Assembly: GCA_038046385.1 (NCBI GenBank)
Contig: JBBSWH010000005.1
Location: forward strand, 64,339-128,338
From: Nanobdellota archaeon
GTDB lineage: Archaea > Nanobdellota > Nanobdellia > Woesearchaeales > GW2011-AR4
Direction of reading: 5' to 3'
Length of the DNA: 64,000 bases
The notes below the pieces were generated by a model. It saw nothing but the letters and a program-made list of their open reading frames with translations. It was not told the DNA's origin and did not search any database. The position numbers and the translations under genes were made by a program. Shown here one piece after another: positions 63,929-64,000 of the stretch (position 1 is its first letter; every line of letters begins with the position of its first letter).

Positions 63929-64000
63929 ATTAAGCGGTTTTTCTACTGAGTAAGCGGAAAAATCTCTGTATTCTCCATAAGCGCTTCTGCATACAATATA

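Noticed and set aside
1-64000. CRISPR arrays, rRNA genes, transposase/integrase genes, prophage blocks.
   Set aside because: I saw no regularly spaced direct repeats, no rRNA-like conserved stretches, and no ORF with transposase, integrase or capsid-like motifs. The only mobile-type genes are the two LAGLIDADG ORFs.
63925-64000. Possible DUF433-type antitoxin upstream of the DUF5615-like gene.
   Set aside because: Only about 25 codons are visible before the window ends, and none of the three frames shows a recognisable DUF433 C-terminus. It cannot be judged from this window.

Overview
Visibly AT-rich, densely coding segment that reads as an archaeal chromosome, most likely a small-genome DPANN-type archaeon. 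The archaeal backbone includes Orc1/Cdc6, FtsZ, Sec61-beta, NAC, an aIF5A-like factor, deoxyhypusine and diphthine synthases, RNAP subunits D/N/E'/Spt4, and two archaeal ribosomal-protein clusters (L1-P0-P1; S13-S4-S11-RpoD-[tRNA-Leu]-L18e-L13-S9-RpoN). It also holds RNase P RNA and six tRNA genes. Many bacterial-looking genes sit inside this backbone. The most striking is a complete, colinear seven-step MEP/DOXP isoprenoid cluster (dxs-ispG-dxr-ispDF-ispE-ispH, about 30.7-38.3 kb). Others are a bacterial-type LeuRS, an RsuA-type pseudouridine synthase, Tdh-Kbl and MsrB. The non-coding fraction is unusual. Four of six tRNA genes carry insertions that I read as introns at canonical and non-canonical positions; the initiator tRNA needs four excisions to give a perfect cloverleaf. 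One Ser-shaped tRNA shows a Leu-box AAG anticodon. Two free-standing LAGLIDADG genes sit next to a tRNA and inside the S9/RpoN operon. Nearly every spacer holds GC-rich nested hairpins, including a five-member two-hairpin repeat family with compensatory stem changes. The best protein-level candidates for undescribed biology are a translationally coupled HTH / PIN-like / CorA-like trio and an aIF5A-like/SET/RsuA operon. Limits: RNA coordinates were counted by hand (+/- 2 nt), protein calls rest on motifs and recall, and no searches or folding programs were run. Most short antisense ORFs in the track are treated as shadows.
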